Assembly: GCA_024421085.1 (NCBI GenBank)
Contig: JAHQYN010000002.1
Location: forward strand, 16,871 to 80,870
Source of the DNA: Acidimicrobiia bacterium
GTDB lineage: Bacteria > Actinomycetota > Acidimicrobiia > Acidimicrobiales > Aldehydirespiratoraceae
Direction of reading: 5' to 3'
DNA length: 64,000 bases
Made by a program: the position numbers and the translations under genes. Positions 53,377 to 63,643 of the stretch are shown here, piece after piece (the stretch's first letter is position 1; every line of letters starts with the position of its first letter). The notes beneath the pieces were generated by a model that did no database searches, was not told where the DNA came from, and saw nothing but the letters and a program-made list of their open reading frames with translations.

Positions 53377-53646
53377 ATGACTCAAGCAACGCAGCAGCGC
53401 AAGGCCCGTAAGGTCCGCGACGGCCTCGTCGTGTCCAACAAGATGGACAAGACCGCCGTGGTGGAGGCGATCGACCGGGTCCAGCATCGTCGCTACTCGA
53501 AGACGATTCAGCGCACCAAGCGCCTCCATGTCCACGACGAGGAGAACACTCTCAACCTGGGCGACCGCGTGCGGGTGCAGGAGACCCGCCCGCTCTCCAA
53601 GACCAAGCGCTGGAGGCTCGTGGAAATCCTGGAGCGTGCCAAGTGA
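53377..53646 (+). CDS. rpsQ: 30S ribosomal protein S17
   Basis: [19 protein letters not shown]. Confidence 0.93.
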   Translation: MTQATQQRKARKVRDGLVVSNKMDKTAVVEAIDRVQHRRYSKTIQRTKRLHVHDEENTLNLGDRVRVQETRPLSKTKRWRLVEILERAK

Positions 53647-54011
53647 TCCAGCAAGAGTCGCGACTTCGGATCGCCGACAACTCCGGAGCCAAGGAGGTCT
53701 TGTGCATCAAGGTCCTCGGCGGCTCCAAACGCCGCTATGCGTCGATCGGCGACGTCTTCGTGGCGACCGTCAAGGACGCCATCCCGGGTGCGCAGGTCAA
53801 GAAGGGCGATGTCGTCCGCTGTGTCGTGGTGCGAATCAAAAAGGAAAAGCGCCGGCCCGACGGCAGCTACATACGCTTCGACGAGAACGCCGCGGTGCTG
53901 ATCAACGAAGCGCACCAACCGCGCGGCACGCGCATCTTCGGCCCGGTCGGCCGAGAGCTGCGCGACAAGCAGTTCATGCGAATCGTCTCGCTCGCCCCGG
54001 AGGTCCTGTGA
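53643..54011 (+). CDS. rplN: 50S ribosomal protein L14
   Basis: [27 protein letters not shown]. Confidence 0.95.
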   Translation: MIQQESRLRIADNSGAKEVLCIKVLGGSKRRYASIGDVFVATVKDAIPGAQVKKGDVVRCVVVRIKKEKRRPDGSYIRFDENAAVLINEAHQPRGTRIFGPVGRELRDKQFMRIVSLAPEVL

Positions 54012-54346
54012 TGAGCGCACGGAGAAAGCACGCCTCGATGAAGATCCGTGCAGGCGACCGGGTCGTCGTCCTGTCAGGCAAGGACAAGGGTGCCGAGGGC
54101 GTCGTGGAGCGGGCCATCCCCGAGAGGGGGAAGGTCATCGTCGAGGGCGTCAACGTGGCGCGCAAGCACCAGGCCCCGACGCGGGGCGACCAGCAGGGCG
54201 GGATAATCGACAAGGCCATGCCGATCGACGTGTCCAACGTCGCCGTGGTCAGTCCCGGCGACGGGAGAGCCACCCGCGTCGGCTACCTGATCACCGAAGA
54301 GGGCAAGAAGGTTCGCGTCTGCCGCCGCACGGGAGTCGAGATCTGA
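54011..54346 (+). CDS. rplX: 50S ribosomal protein L24
   Basis: ATGA overlap with rplN. Contains [18 protein letters not shown]. The start could instead be ATG 54038. Confidence 0.9.
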   Translation: MSARRKHASMKIRAGDRVVVLSGKDKGAEGVVERAIPERGKVIVEGVNVARKHQAPTRGDQQGGIIDKAMPIDVSNVAVVSPGDGRATRVGYLITEEGKKVRVCRRTGVEI

Positions 54347-54912
54347 TGCCCGCCGCGACGCACCCCCCCCGGTTCCGCACCCGCTACAACACCGAGATAC
54401 GCGCCTCGCTGCAAGAACAGCTCGCGCTGCCCAACCTGATGATGGTCCCCAGACTTGAGAAGATCGTGCTCAACATGGGGGTCGGGGAAGCGGTCGGCTC
54501 AGCCAGGCTGCTCGAAGGGGCGATCCGCGACATGACCACGATCGCAGGCCAGAAACCGGTCGTCACCAGGGCGAAGAAGTCCCTCGCCAGTTTCAAGCTG
54601 CGCGAGGGCCAGGCCATCGGCTGCAAGGTCACGCTGCGCGGCGACCGCATGTACGAGTTCCTCGACCGGCTCGTCTCCTTGGCCGTCCCGAGGATCCGCG
54701 ACTTCCGGGGACTGTCAGCCAAGTCGTTCGACGGCAACGGCAATTACACGTTCGGCGTGACCGAACAACTCATCTTCCCCGAGATCGACTACGACAAGGT
54801 CGATGCCACCCGAGGCATGGACATCACGATTGTTACGACGGCGACCACCGATGACGAGGGCAGGGCCCTGCTCTCGGCATTCGGTTTCCCGTTCCGACGC
54901 GAAGGGCAGTGA
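54346..54912 (+). CDS. rplE: 50S ribosomal protein L5
   Basis: [37 protein letters not shown]. Confidence 0.95.
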   Translation: MPAATHPPRFRTRYNTEIRASLQEQLALPNLMMVPRLEKIVLNMGVGEAVGSARLLEGAIRDMTTIAGQKPVVTRAKKSLASFKLREGQAIGCKVTLRGDRMYEFLDRLVSLAVPRIRDFRGLSAKSFDGNGNYTFGVTEQLIFPEIDYDKVDATRGMDITIVTTATTDDEGRALLSAFGFPFRREGQ

Positions 54913-54916
54913 CCCC

Positions 54917-55102
54917 ATGGCAAAACAAGCACTGAAGCAGAAACAGAAGCGCACCCCGAAGTTCAAGGTACGCGCCTACACGCGCTGCCGGCGCTGCGGG
55001 CGGCCCCGCTCCGTGTACCGCCGCTTCGGCCTGTGCCGAGTGTGCCTGCGCAACATGGCCCACGCCGGCGAACTGCCCGGCGTCAAGAAGGCCAGCTGGT
55101 GA
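54917..55102 (+). CDS. rpsN: 30S ribosomal protein S14 type Z (zinc-binding, 61 aa)
   Basis: [43 protein letters not shown], with CxxC...CxxC. Confidence 0.93.
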   Translation: MAKQALKQKQKRTPKFKVRAYTRCRRCGRPRSVYRRFGLCRVCLRNMAHAGELPGVKKASW

Positions 55103-55117
55103 GGAGGTGACGCCGCA

Positions 55118-55522
55118 ATGACAATGACCGACCCCATTTCAGACATGCTCACCCGCATCCGCAACGCCAATGTGGCGATGCATGATGAAGTGGCGATGCC
55201 CTCCTCCAAACAGAAGCTGGCGCTCGCCGGCCTGCTCAAGAACGAGGGCTATATCAGTTCGTTCACTGAGAACGACAACGGCGACCGTCCCGGGCGGACC
55301 CTGACCATCGAGATGAAGTACTCGCCTGACCGGGACCGAGTGATCTCGGGGCTCAAGCGAGTGTCCAAACCCGGTCTTCGCATCTACCGCAGGCGCCACG
55401 AGATTCCCCGAGTCCAGGGCGGTCTCGGCGTCGCGGTCGTCTCAACCAACAAGGGACTCATGTCTGACCGAGAAGCAAGGAAGAACCGCATGGGCGGCGA
55501 GATCCTCTGCTTCGTGTGGTGA
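55118..55522 (+). CDS. rpsH: 30S ribosomal protein S8
   Basis: MTDPISDMLTRIRNAN. Confidence 0.95.
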   Translation: MTMTDPISDMLTRIRNANVAMHDEVAMPSSKQKLALAGLLKNEGYISSFTENDNGDRPGRTLTIEMKYSPDRDRVISGLKRVSKPGLRIYRRRHEIPRVQGGLGVAVVSTNKGLMSDREARKNRMGGEILCFVW

Positions 55523-55542
55523 GGCGGAGGTGAGGAGCTGCA

Positions 55543-56082
55543 ATGAGCCGCGTCGGCAATGAACCAATAACCGTCCCGGAAGGCGTAGACGTCTCCGTCG
55601 ACGGGCGCACGGTCACAGTCACCGGTGCCAAGGGCACCCTCGACCAGCGACTCCCAGGCGGGATTACCGTCAGTCGCGGCGACCGCGCCATCACTGTGGA
55701 ACGACCCGACGACAGCAGCGAGTCGAAGTCCTTCCACGGCCTGGTGCGCTCGTTGATACAGAACATGGTCATCGGCGTGACCGAGGGCTTCAGCAAGGAA
55801 CTGCGGATCCAGGGCATCGGCTACCGGGCCGTCGCCAAGGGCACCGACAGACTCGAGTTGGCGCTCGGGTTCAGCCACAGCGTCAACATCGAAGCCCCCG
55901 CGGGCATCGAGTTCGAGGTGCCCCAACAGACCCAGATCCTCGTCAAGGGAATCGACAAGCAGCTTGTCGGCCAAGTGGCCGCCGACATTCGCAAGTGGCG
56001 CAAACCGGAGCCCTACAAGGGCAAGGGCATCCGCTACGCCAACGAACGAGTGATACGCAAGGCCGGAAAGGCAGCCAAATAA
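55543..56082 (+). CDS. rplF: 50S ribosomal protein L6
   Basis: [31 protein letters not shown]. Confidence 0.95.
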   Translation: MSRVGNEPITVPEGVDVSVDGRTVTVTGAKGTLDQRLPGGITVSRGDRAITVERPDDSSESKSFHGLVRSLIQNMVIGVTEGFSKELRIQGIGYRAVAKGTDRLELALGFSHSVNIEAPAGIEFEVPQQTQILVKGIDKQLVGQVAADIRKWRKPEPYKGKGIRYANERVIRKAGKAAK

Positions 56083-56447
56083 TGTCCTACACCGCCCAGA
56101 AGCGCCGTGCAGACCGCCGCCGCCGCCACCACCGGATCCGCAAGACCCTGCGCGGCACCGCGGCGCGGCCGCGTCTCGCCGTGCATCGCTCCAACCGCCA
56201 CATATCCGCGCAGCTCATCGACGACTCGGCAGGTTGCACACTCGCCGCGGCGGCCTCGACCGAACAGCAACTGCGACCCGCCGGCAACAGCGACACGCAA
56301 ACCGCACAGCGAGTCGGCGCCCTGCTCGCCGAACGGGCGATGGCCGCCGGCATCGAAGCGGTCGTGTTCGACCGCGGCGGTTTCCGCTACCACGGCCAAG
56401 TCGCAGCGCTCGCCGACGCAGCCCGCGAGAAGGGATTGACTTTCTGA
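56082..56447 (+). CDS. rplR: 50S ribosomal protein L18
   Basis: TAATG overlap with rpl[22 protein letters not shown]. Confidence 0.93.
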   Translation: MSYTAQKRRADRRRRHHRIRKTLRGTAARPRLAVHRSNRHISAQLIDDSAGCTLAAAASTEQQLRPAGNSDTQTAQRVGALLAERAMAAGIEAVVFDRGGFRYHGQVAALADAAREKGLTF

Positions 56448-57067
56448 TGGCCGACCAACGCAACACCAGGCAAGCCGGCGACCGCGAGCGCAACCCCGAC
56501 AACCCGCGCGACGGCGGCGAGGGGCTGCGCGAGTCGCGCGTCATCAACATCAACCGCGTCGCCAAGGTCGTGAAGGGCGGGCGCAGGTTCTCCTTCACCG
56601 CCCTGGTGGTCATCGGCGACGGCGACGGCAGGGTCGGGCTCGGGTACGGCAAGGCCAAAGAGGTGCCCCTGGCGATCCAGAAAGGCACCGAGGAGGCCCG
56701 TCGCAACCTGTTCAGCGTCGCCATGGCCGGCTCGACCATCGTCCATGAGACCATCGGCGAGATGGGTGCGGGCAAGGTGATGCTCAAGCCTGCTGCGCCC
56801 GGTACCGGTGTCATCGCCGGAGGCGCCGCTCGGGCGATCCTCGAGGAGGCCGGCATCAACGATGTGCTGTGCAAGTCGCTGGGCTCGTCGAACAACATCA
56901 ACATCGCCCGCGCCACCATCAACGCGCTGGCCGGGCTCCGCCGCCCCGACGAGATCGCCCGCCTGCGCGGCCTCGACCCCGAAGAGTTCCTTCCCGCGGG
57001 CCTGTGGGCCGCCTACCAACAGGGCCGGCATCGCCCCGCTGAAACCCCTCCCGCTGAGGAGTCATGA
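56447..57067 (+). CDS. rpsE: 30S ribosomal protein S5
   Basis: ATG 56447. [27 protein letters not shown]. Confidence 0.95.
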   Translation: MADQRNTRQAGDRERNPDNPRDGGEGLRESRVININRVAKVVKGGRRFSFTALVVIGDGDGRVGLGYGKAKEVPLAIQKGTEEARRNLFSVAMAGSTIVHETIGEMGAGKVMLKPAAPGTGVIAGGAARAILEEAGINDVLCKSLGSSNNINIARATINALAGLRRPDEIARLRGLDPEEFLPAGLWAAYQQGRHRPAETPPAEES

Positions 57068-57246
57068 TGCTCAAGGTCACTCAGATCCGTTCCTCCATCG
57101 GAACCAAGCCCAAACAGCGGGGAACGCTGCGCGCCCTCGGTCTTCGCAGGATCGGTGCGAGCAACACACTCGAGGACCGTCCCGAGGTCCGCGGCATGAT
57201 TGCCAGAGTCCCCCACCTAGTCAAAGTCGAGGAGGTCGACTCGTGA
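57064..57246 (+). CDS. rpmD: 50S ribosomal protein L30
   Basis: [26 protein letters not shown]. Confidence 0.93.
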   Translation: MMLKVTQIRSSIGTKPKQRGTLRALGLRRIGASNTLEDRPEVRGMIARVPHLVKVEEVDS

Positions 57247-57737
57247 TCAGGCTCCACGATCTGAAACCCCCCGAGGGCTCCAACCGCCGCCCCAAGCGCA
57301 AGGCGCGCGGCATCGGCGGCAAGGCCGGGAAGACCGCGGGACGCGGCCACAAGGGCCAACGGGCCCGCAGCAAGGTCCCCGTCGGGTTCGAGGGCGGACA
57401 GATGCCGCTGCTGCAACGCGTGCCCAAGCTGCGCGGGTTCACGAACCCGTTCAGGGTCGAGTACCAGGCGATCAACCTCGACACCCTCGAAGCGTCGGGC
57501 CTCACCGACGTGTCACCGGAGTCGCTGCGCGACAAGGGCCTCGCCGGCAAGGGCGCCTTGATCAAGATCCTGGGACGTGGCGAAGTCTCACGCGCGCTCA
57601 ACGTCAAGGCCCACGCCTTCTCCGCGTCCGCGGAATCGGCCATCACCGCCGCGGGCGGTAGTGTGGAGATACTGAGACTTCCTTGGGGCGACCGCCGTCC
57701 CCCGCACGGCAGCTTCAACCAACACACCAACCGCTGA
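57243..57737 (+). CDS. rplO: 50S ribosomal protein L15
   Basis: GTG 57243. [36 protein letters not shown]. Confidence 0.93.
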   Translation: MIRLHDLKPPEGSNRRPKRKARGIGGKAGKTAGRGHKGQRARSKVPVGFEGGQMPLLQRVPKLRGFTNPFRVEYQAINLDTLEASGLTDVSPESLRDKGLAGKGALIKILGRGEVSRALNVKAHAFSASAESAITAAGGSVEILRLPWGDRRPPHGSFNQHTNR

Positions 57738-57755
57738 CACTTTGAGAGGATCGCT

Positions 57756-59084
57756 GTGTTCTCACGGATTCTGAACGTCTTTCGGGTCGCCGACCTGCGT
57801 GTGAAGATCCTCTTCACACTGTCGATGATCGCGCTCTATCGCCTGGGGTCGTTCATCCCTGCTCCCGGTGTCGACATAGAGGCGGTCCAGGCACTGCGTG
57901 ACAGCGCCAACAGCGGCGGGATCCTGGCCTACGTGCAGCTCTTCTCAGGCGGCGCGCTGACCCAGTTCGCGATCTTCGCGCTGGGGATCATGCCCTACAT
58001 CACCTCGTCGATCATCATGCAGATCCTCGGCGTGGTCATCCCCAAGATTGAGCAGTGGCAGCAGCAGGGCGCAGTGGGACAGCGCAAGATAACCCAATGG
58101 ACCCGGTACCTGACCGTGGCGATCGCCGTCGTACAATCGACCAGCTTCGCCTTCCTGTTCCACAATGGCGGGCTCGGGGTCACCGTAGACCTCCTGCCCA
58201 GGTTCAACGCCTGGACGGTGTTCGTGGTCGTGCTCACGCTCACCAGCGGCACCGCACTGTTGATGTGGATGGGCGAGCTGATCACCCAACGCGGTGTCGG
58301 CAACGGCATGTCGCTGCTGATCTTCACCAGCGTCGTGTCGACACTGCCTGCACAAGGTGCGGCCGTCAAGGCCGACAACGGCGACATCGCCCTCGTCGGG
58401 CTGATCGTGGTTGCGGTCGGGCTGCTCGTCTGCATCGTCTTCGTTGAACAGGGGCAGCGCAGGATACCGGTCCAGTTCGCCAAGCGGGTAGTGGGCCGCC
58501 GCATGTACGGCGGGCAGTCCACCTACATCCCCCTCAAGGTCAACCAGTCCGGGGTGATCCCGATCATCTTCGCCAGTTCGGTTCTCTACGTCCCCACGCT
58601 CATCGCGGTGGCACTGCCCAGCACCGGCATCGGCGGGAGCATCCAGAACTGGGTCAACAACAACCTCACCCAACCGACCGCGGTCACCTATCTGGTGTTC
58701 TTCGGTCTGATGATCGTCGGATTCTCCTACTTCTACACGGCGATAACTTTCGATCCCGCCAAGCAGGCCGACACGATCCGCAAACAGGGGGGCTTCATTC
58801 CCGGGATCCGCCCCGGTCCTCAGACCGAGCGCTACCTCGCTCGGATCCTGAACCGGATCACTTTCCCGGGTGCCCTGTTCATTGCTGGAGTCGCGCTCAT
58901 CCCCTCGATAATCATCAGGATCACGCTCAACAGCGACCCCACCGCCACCGGCACCGCCGCGGGCGCCGGAGGTTTCGCCTTCGGAGGCATCTCCTTGCTG
59001 ATCGCCTCCGGCGTGGCTCTGGAGACGATGAAACAGATCGACAGCCAGTTGACGATGCGCAACTACGAAGGGTTCCTCCAGTAG
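57756..59084 (+). CDS. secY: preprotein translocase subunit SecY
   Basis: LFSGGALTQFAIFALGIMPYITSSIIMQIL, with 10 TM segments. Confidence 0.95.
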   Translation: MFSRILNVFRVADLRVKILFTLSMIALYRLGSFIPAPGVDIEAVQALRDSANSGGILAYVQLFSGGALTQFAIFALGIMPYITSSIIMQILGVVIPKIEQWQQQGAVGQRKITQWTRYLTVAIAVVQSTSFAFLFHNGGLGVTVDLLPRFNAWTVFVVVLTLTSGTALLMWMGELITQRGVGNGMSLLIFTSVVSTLPAQGAAVKADNGDIALVGLIVVAVGLLVCIVFVEQGQRRIPVQFAKRVVGRRMYGGQSTYIPLKVNQSGVIPIIFASSVLYVPTLIAVALPSTGIGGSIQNWVNNNLTQPTAVTYLVFFGLMIVGFSYFYTAITFDPAKQADTIRKQGGFIPGIRPGPQTERYLARILNRITFPGALFIAGVALIPSIIIRITLNSDPTATGTAAGAGGFAFGGISLLIASGVALETMKQIDSQLTMRNYEGFLQ

Positions 59085-59657
59085 ATGACCACGCTCAAAA
59101 TGGTGATCCTCGGACGCCAGGGATCGGGGAAGGGCACACAGTCGCTGAGGATCTGCGAGGCATACGGCTGCGTTCATGTGAGCACCGGCGACATGCTGCG
59201 CTCCGCGGTGGAGCAGGGAACCGAACTGGGCCGTCAGGCTTCGCAGACCATGGAGGCCGGCGGCCTGGTCTCAGACGAGACGATGAACGGCATCGTCGCG
59301 CAGCGCCTGAGTCGCCGCGACATCGCCGAGCGGGGCGTGCTGCTCGACGGCTTTCCGCGCACAGCCGAGCAGGCGAACGCCCTCGAGCGCATTCTTTATG
59401 ACCTCGGCGAACGGCTGACCGTCGCGGTCAACCTGGAGGTGCCCACCAAGACGGTCACCGAGCGAATGCTCGGCCGTGGCCGCGGCGACGACACGCCCGA
59501 GGCAATACAGCGGCGGCTCAACCTCTACGAACAGCAGACGACTCCGCTGCTGCAATGGTTCGACTCGCGGAGCCTGCTCTGCACCGTCGACGGTGTGGGC
59601 ACTGAAGACGAAGTGTTCGCCCGCATCCGTGCGGTTGTCTCCCCGGCCGGCAGATGA
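59085..59657 (+). CDS. adk: adenylate kinase
   Basis: P-loop GRQGSGKGTQ, GDMLR and LLDGFPRT. Confidence 0.93.
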   Translation: MTTLKMVILGRQGSGKGTQSLRICEAYGCVHVSTGDMLRSAVEQGTELGRQASQTMEAGGLVSDETMNGIVAQRLSRRDIAERGVLLDGFPRTAEQANALERILYDLGERLTVAVNLEVPTKTVTERMLGRGRGDDTPEAIQRRLNLYEQQTTPLLQWFDSRSLLCTVDGVGTEDEVFARIRAVVSPAGR

Positions 59658-59816
59658 GCCCGCGGAACTGTCTGAATCCACCGAACTATTGCCAGAACTG
59701 TCGGCCCCGCAGGTTGGTCAGCTTCGGTGAGTCCGGTAGCGTGGTCCTCTGGCTTGGGCAACCGGGTCTTTCCGCGTGCAGGCAACAGGGCTTGAACGCG
59801 TCCAGGAGGTTCCACC

Positions 59817-60041
59817 CTGCCGAAACCTAAAGAAGATGCGATTGTCCTTGAGGGCACCGTCATGGAGTCGCTCCCGAACGCCATGTTTCGGGTCGACCTC
59901 GAGAACGGCCACAAGGTGCTCGCACACATCAGCGGAAAGATGCGAATGCACTACATTCGAATCCTTCCCGGGGACCGAGTCCAAGTGGAGTTGACCCCAT
60001 ACGACCTGCAAAGGGGTCGTATTACCTATCGCTACAAGTAG
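59817..60041 (+). CDS. infA: translation initiation factor IF-1 (predicted non-canonical CTG start)
   Basis: Not in ORF track. The frame is open from the TGA at 59793. Translation (L/M)[79 protein letters not shown] lies 7 nt before the CTG. Confidence 0.85.
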   Translation: MPKPKEDAIVLEGTVMESLPNAMFRVDLENGHKVLAHISGKMRMHYIRILPGDRVQVELTPYDLQRGRITYRYK

Positions 60042-60089
60042 CAACCGGCTCCGGTCGGCCAGCGGCCGCAGGATGCGGTCGGGAGTGAG

Positions 60090-60203
60090 ATGAAAGTTCG
60101 AACAAGCGTCAAGAAGATCTGCGACAAGTGCAAGGTGATCAAACGTCGTCGCCGCGTCATGGTGATCTGCGACAACCCCCGTCACAAGCAGAGGCAGAGC
60201 TGA
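60090..60203 (+). CDS. rpmJ: 50S ribosomal protein L36 (zinc-ribbon form)
   Basis: Not in ORF track (37 aa). [37 protein letters not shown]. Confidence 0.93.
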   Translation: MKVRTSVKKICDKCKVIKRRRRVMVICDNPRHKQRQS

Positions 60204-60204
60204 G

Positions 60205-60603
60205 ATGGCACGCATCAGCGGTGTCGATATACCCAGAGAGAAGCAGGTGGGCACCTCGCTCACCTACATATACGGCATCGGGCGGTCCAAGGCGCTCGTG
60301 GTCTGCGAGGCCTCCGGCATCGATTCGGCCACCCGCGTGCGCGACCTGACCGACGGCGAAGTCGCCAAGATCCGCAGTTACATCGACTCCGACCCCGACC
60401 TCCGCGTCGAGGGCGACCTGCGCCGCGATATCAGCCAGGACGTCAAGCGCAAGATGGAGATCGGCTGCTACCAGGGCTTGCGCCACCGGCGGGGCCGTCC
60501 GCGTCGCCACCACCCGCCCCCGAACACACCCCCCCATACCAACGCCCGCACACGCAAGGGTCCCAAGAAGACCATTGCCGGCAAGAAGAAGGTCAAGAAG
60601 TAA
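60205..60603 (+). CDS. rpsM: 30S ribosomal protein S13 (atypical C-terminal tail segment)
   Basis: [15 protein letters not shown] and [13 protein letters not shown]. Confidence 0.93.
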   Translation: MARISGVDIPREKQVGTSLTYIYGIGRSKALVVCEASGIDSATRVRDLTDGEVAKIRSYIDSDPDLRVEGDLRRDISQDVKRKMEIGCYQGLRHRRGRPRRHHPPPNTPPHTNARTRKGPKKTIAGKKKVKK

Positions 60604-61001
60604 TGGCAACCTCAGGAGCGCGTGGGCGTCGGCCCCGCAAACGGGAGCGCAAGAACGTCGCTCACGGCGTGGCGCACATCAAGAGTTCTTTCAACAACAC
60701 GATCATCGCCATCAGCGACCAGCGCGGCGATGTCATAGCTTGGGCGTCCGCTGGCAACGTGGGCTTCACCGGCTCTCGCAAGTCGACCCCTTTCGCTGCT
60801 CAGCTCGCCGCCGAGCAGGCGGCCCAGCGGGCCATGGAGCACGGGGTGCGCAAGGTCGACGTTCAGGTCAAGGGTCCGGGTTCCGGACGCGAGACCGCGA
60901 TCCGTTCTATCCAGAACGCGGGGATTGAAGTCACCGGCATCAAGGACGTCACGCCGATCCCCCACAACGGTTGCCGCCTCGTCAAGCGGCGGAGGGCTTG
61001 A
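60603..61001 (+). CDS. rpsK: 30S ribosomal protein S11
   Basis: [43 protein letters not shown]. Confidence 0.95.
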   Translation: MATSGARGRRPRKRERKNVAHGVAHIKSSFNNTIIAISDQRGDVIAWASAGNVGFTGSRKSTPFAAQLAAEQAAQRAMEHGVRKVDVQVKGPGSGRETAIRSIQNAGIEVTGIKDVTPIPHNGCRLVKRRRA

Positions 61002-61004
61002 GCC

Positions 61005-61619
61005 ATGTCACGCTACACCGGCCCCAAAGCACGCGTCTCGCGTCGTCTGGGCACCAACATCTGGGGCACCAAGAGTGAGACCATCGCCTTGGACAGGCGC
61101 CCCTACCCCCCCGGCGAGCACGGCCGCTCCCGTCGCCGCGGCAACGTCTCTGAGTACCTCCTGCAGCTTCAGGAGAAGCAGAAGGCCCGCCACACCTACG
61201 GCCTGACGGAGCGTCAGTTCCGCAACATCTTCGCGGAGGCGAGCCGGCGCCAGGGTGTCACCGGCGACAACATGCTGCGCTTCTTGGAGCTCCGGCTCGA
61301 CAACGTGATCTACCGCGCAGGCTGGGGCGCCACCCGACCGCAGTCCCGCCAGTTCGTCAACCACGGACACGTCGACGTCAACGGCAGCCGGGTCACCATC
61401 CCCAGCTACCGCGTGCGCAAGGGCGATGTCGTCGAACTGCGCTCCAAGGCGCGGAGCTTCACTGTCGTCCAATGGAACTCCGACGTCTTGGACCGCACGC
61501 CCCCGGCGTGGCTGGCCCCCAGCGGTGAGTTCCAGATCACCGTTCGTGAACTCCCGCTCCGGGAGCAGATCGATATCCCCGTACGCGAACAGCTCATCGT
61601 CGAGCTCTACTCCAAGTAG
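61005..61619 (+). CDS. rpsD: 30S ribosomal protein S4
   Basis: MSRYTGPKARVSRRLG. Confidence 0.95.
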   Translation: MSRYTGPKARVSRRLGTNIWGTKSETIALDRRPYPPGEHGRSRRRGNVSEYLLQLQEKQKARHTYGLTERQFRNIFAEASRRQGVTGDNMLRFLELRLDNVIYRAGWGATRPQSRQFVNHGHVDVNGSRVTIPSYRVRKGDVVELRSKARSFTVVQWNSDVLDRTPPAWLAPSGEFQITVRELPLREQIDIPVREQLIVELYSK

Positions 61620-61631
61620 CCGAGGTACCCG

Positions 61632-62570
61632 ATGCTCGTCATTCAGCGCCCGACCGTCGAGTCCATCGACGACGCCGTCGGCAACCTTCAGAGGTTCGCC
61701 GTCGGTCCCCTCGAACCCGGCTTCGGCCACACGATCGGCAATTCGATCCGCCGCGCACTGCTCTCGTCGGTCCCCGGCGCGGCGGTGACCCAGGTTCGAT
61801 TCGACGACGCCCTGCATGAGTTCGACACCATCACCGGTGTGGCCGAGGACGTCACCGACATCATCTTGAACCTCAAGGACCTGGTGCTTGAGGTTCACAG
61901 CAGCGAACCGGTGACTCTGCGGCTCGATTCCCGCGGACCGACTCTGGTTACCGCCGCCGACATCCAACTCCACCCCGACGTCGAGGTGCTCAACGGCGAC
62001 CTGCCCTTGGCCAACGTCAACGAGAAGGGCCGGTTGGCGCTCGACATAACCGTTGCGCGCGGCCGCGGCTATGTGTCGGCAGATCGCAACAGCACGAGCG
62101 CGATTATCGGTGTCATTCCGGTTGATTCGATATATTCGCCGGTGCGGCGTGTCGCCTATCAGGTCGAGCCGACCCGGGTTGAGCAGTCCACAGACTTCGA
62201 CCGGCTCATTCTTGAGATCGAGACCGACGGTTCTATTTCACCACGGGAGGCTCTGGCTGCAGCCGGCGGGACACTGCGTGCGTTGGTTCAACTTATCGAG
62301 GAGATGAGCGACGAGCCGCAGGGCCTACAACTTGGTGAGGCCATTCAGGTGGCAACCGGTGGGCCCGACATGGATCTTTCGATTGACGCTCTCGAACTGT
62401 CTGAGCGCCCCCGCAACTGCCTCAAGCGGGCCCAGGTCAACACTATCGGCGAGTTGTTGCAGAAGTCTGAGATGGATCTGCTGGCTATCACCAACTTCGG
62501 GCAGAAAAGCCTCGATGAGGTGCTCTTCAAGCTGGATGAGCGGGGTCTCTCGCTCCTGAGCCAAGGCTGA
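61632..62570 (+). CDS. rpoA: DNA-directed RNA polymerase subunit alpha
   Basis: GHTIGNSIRRALLSSVPGAAVT, and the C-terminal domain ELSERPRNCLKRAQVNTIGELL. Confidence 0.95.
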   Translation: MLVIQRPTVESIDDAVGNLQRFAVGPLEPGFGHTIGNSIRRALLSSVPGAAVTQVRFDDALHEFDTITGVAEDVTDIILNLKDLVLEVHSSEPVTLRLDSRGPTLVTAADIQLHPDVEVLNGDLPLANVNEKGRLALDITVARGRGYVSADRNSTSAIIGVIPVDSIYSPVRRVAYQVEPTRVEQSTDFDRLILEIETDGSISPREALAAAGGTLRALVQLIEEMSDEPQGLQLGEAIQVATGGPDMDLSIDALELSERPRNCLKRAQVNTIGELLQKSEMDLLAITNFGQKSLDEVLFKLDERGLSLLSQG

Positions 62571-62573
62571 GCG

Positions 62574-62927
62574 ATGCCGGGCAGACCACGCAAGGGGCGT
62601 CGTTTCGGCGGCAGCTCACAGCATCAGAAGCTGATGATGGCCAACTTGGTGTCGTCGCTCATCGCCGCTGAAGAGATCACCACGACGCAGGCCAAGGCGA
62701 AGGCTATGCGCCCCATCGCCGAGAAGATGATCACCAAGGCCAAGGCCGGCGGAGTCCACAATCACCGTCAGGTGGTCAAGTTCTTGGGCGACCGGGAGAT
62801 GGCCTCGAAGCTGTTCGATGAGATCGGCCCCCGCTACGAGGACCGCCCCGGCGGTTACACCCGGATCATCAAACTCGACAACCGTCCAGGCGACAACGCC
62901 CCGATGGCCCGCATCGAACTGGTCTGA
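62574..62927 (+). CDS. rplQ: 50S ribosomal protein L17
   Basis: RKGRRFGGSSQHQKLMMANL and GGYTRIIKL. Confidence 0.95.
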   Translation: MPGRPRKGRRFGGSSQHQKLMMANLVSSLIAAEEITTTQAKAKAMRPIAEKMITKAKAGGVHNHRQVVKFLGDREMASKLFDEIGPRYEDRPGGYTRIIKLDNRPGDNAPMARIELV

Positions 62928-62946
62928 CCGATCATCCAGGTTGTGC

Positions 62947-62964
62947 GGTCAGCGCCGCCTGACC
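62947..62964 (+). terminator. weak hairpin after rplQ (GGTCAG-cgccgc-CTGACC)
   Basis: 6-bp stem with a 6-nt loop, 20 nt after the rplQ stop. No T-tract. Confidence 0.25.
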
Positions 62965-63045
62965 CGGAGACAGTGTGCCCACGCGGGGCCGCATCGCCGT
63001 CGAGGCCCTGTTCGAGCTTCGTGGCCGCACGAACCCGCGACCGGG

Positions 63046-63351
63046 CTAGCCACATTTGCCACGTGTCTCGGCTTCGGCGATTATCACGTCAATCCGTGCG
63101 GCCAGCACCAAGTCCTCATTGAGCGCGGCGCTGGACTCGTTGTGTTGGTGGGGGTCGGTGCCTTCATCGTGCGTGTGGTCGGCTACTTCCTGGGTCTGGT
63201 CTAGAAGCACAGCATTCAAATCCAGCTCAGCGGTCGCTTGAGCCAGCGCCGCAGAATGGCAGTCATCGGACTGCGAAGCGGATCCCGAACAGGATGCCAG
63301 CAGCAGTCCGACCAGCGCAACGACGCTACTCGGGGCTGTGTTGAGCATCAT
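63046..63351 (-). CDS. small putative lipoprotein (His/Asp-rich)
   Basis: Signal peptide plus lipobox LLASC. Mature part contains HTHDEGTDPHQHNE. Confidence 0.5.
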   Translation of the reverse strand: MMLNTAPSSVVALVGLLLASCSGSASQSDDCHSAALAQATAELDLNAVLLDQTQEVADHTHDEGTDPHQHNESSAALNEDLVLAARIDVIIAEAETRGKCG

Positions 63352-63643
63352 TCGACTGCTCGACGAGTTCCCTCAACCTCTTGGGAACATAAGGCCCTTG
63401 ATCCGCCCCAGGCGGCAACGGAAACCGATCCCGCCCAAAATACTGCCACCACGCGACAATCGAAGCGTAAACCAATGCCGTGGTTCCATAGAGCAACAAG
63501 GAATGCCGCATGTTCCAAAATTGCTCCGGAAACAGCACATGCACAACCGAAATTAATGAAAGATACAAAAATAGGGTCAAGGTCAAACACACTGCTTCTC
63601 GACGACTCCGATAGCCGCGTTGCCTCTTGGAAAATTTCTTCAT
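63326..63643 (-). CDS. small membrane protein, hypothetical
   Basis: Start taken at MKKFSKRQRGY. Two hydrophobic helices. Noticeably lower GC than the ribosomal genes. Confidence 0.45.
   Translation of the reverse strand: MKKFSKRQRGYRSRREAVCLTLTLFLYLSLISVVHVLFPEQFWNMRHSLLLYGTTALVYASIVAWWQYFGRDRFPLPPGADQGPYVPKRLRELVEQSNDAQHSPE

Noticed and set aside
57945-59177. 410-aa minus-strand ORF
   Set aside because: It is antisense to secY.
59718-60263. 181-aa minus-strand ORF spanning the adk-rpsM gap
   Set aside because: The plus strand here encodes unmistakable infA and rpmJ, which the ORF track missed because of the non-ATG start and the small size.
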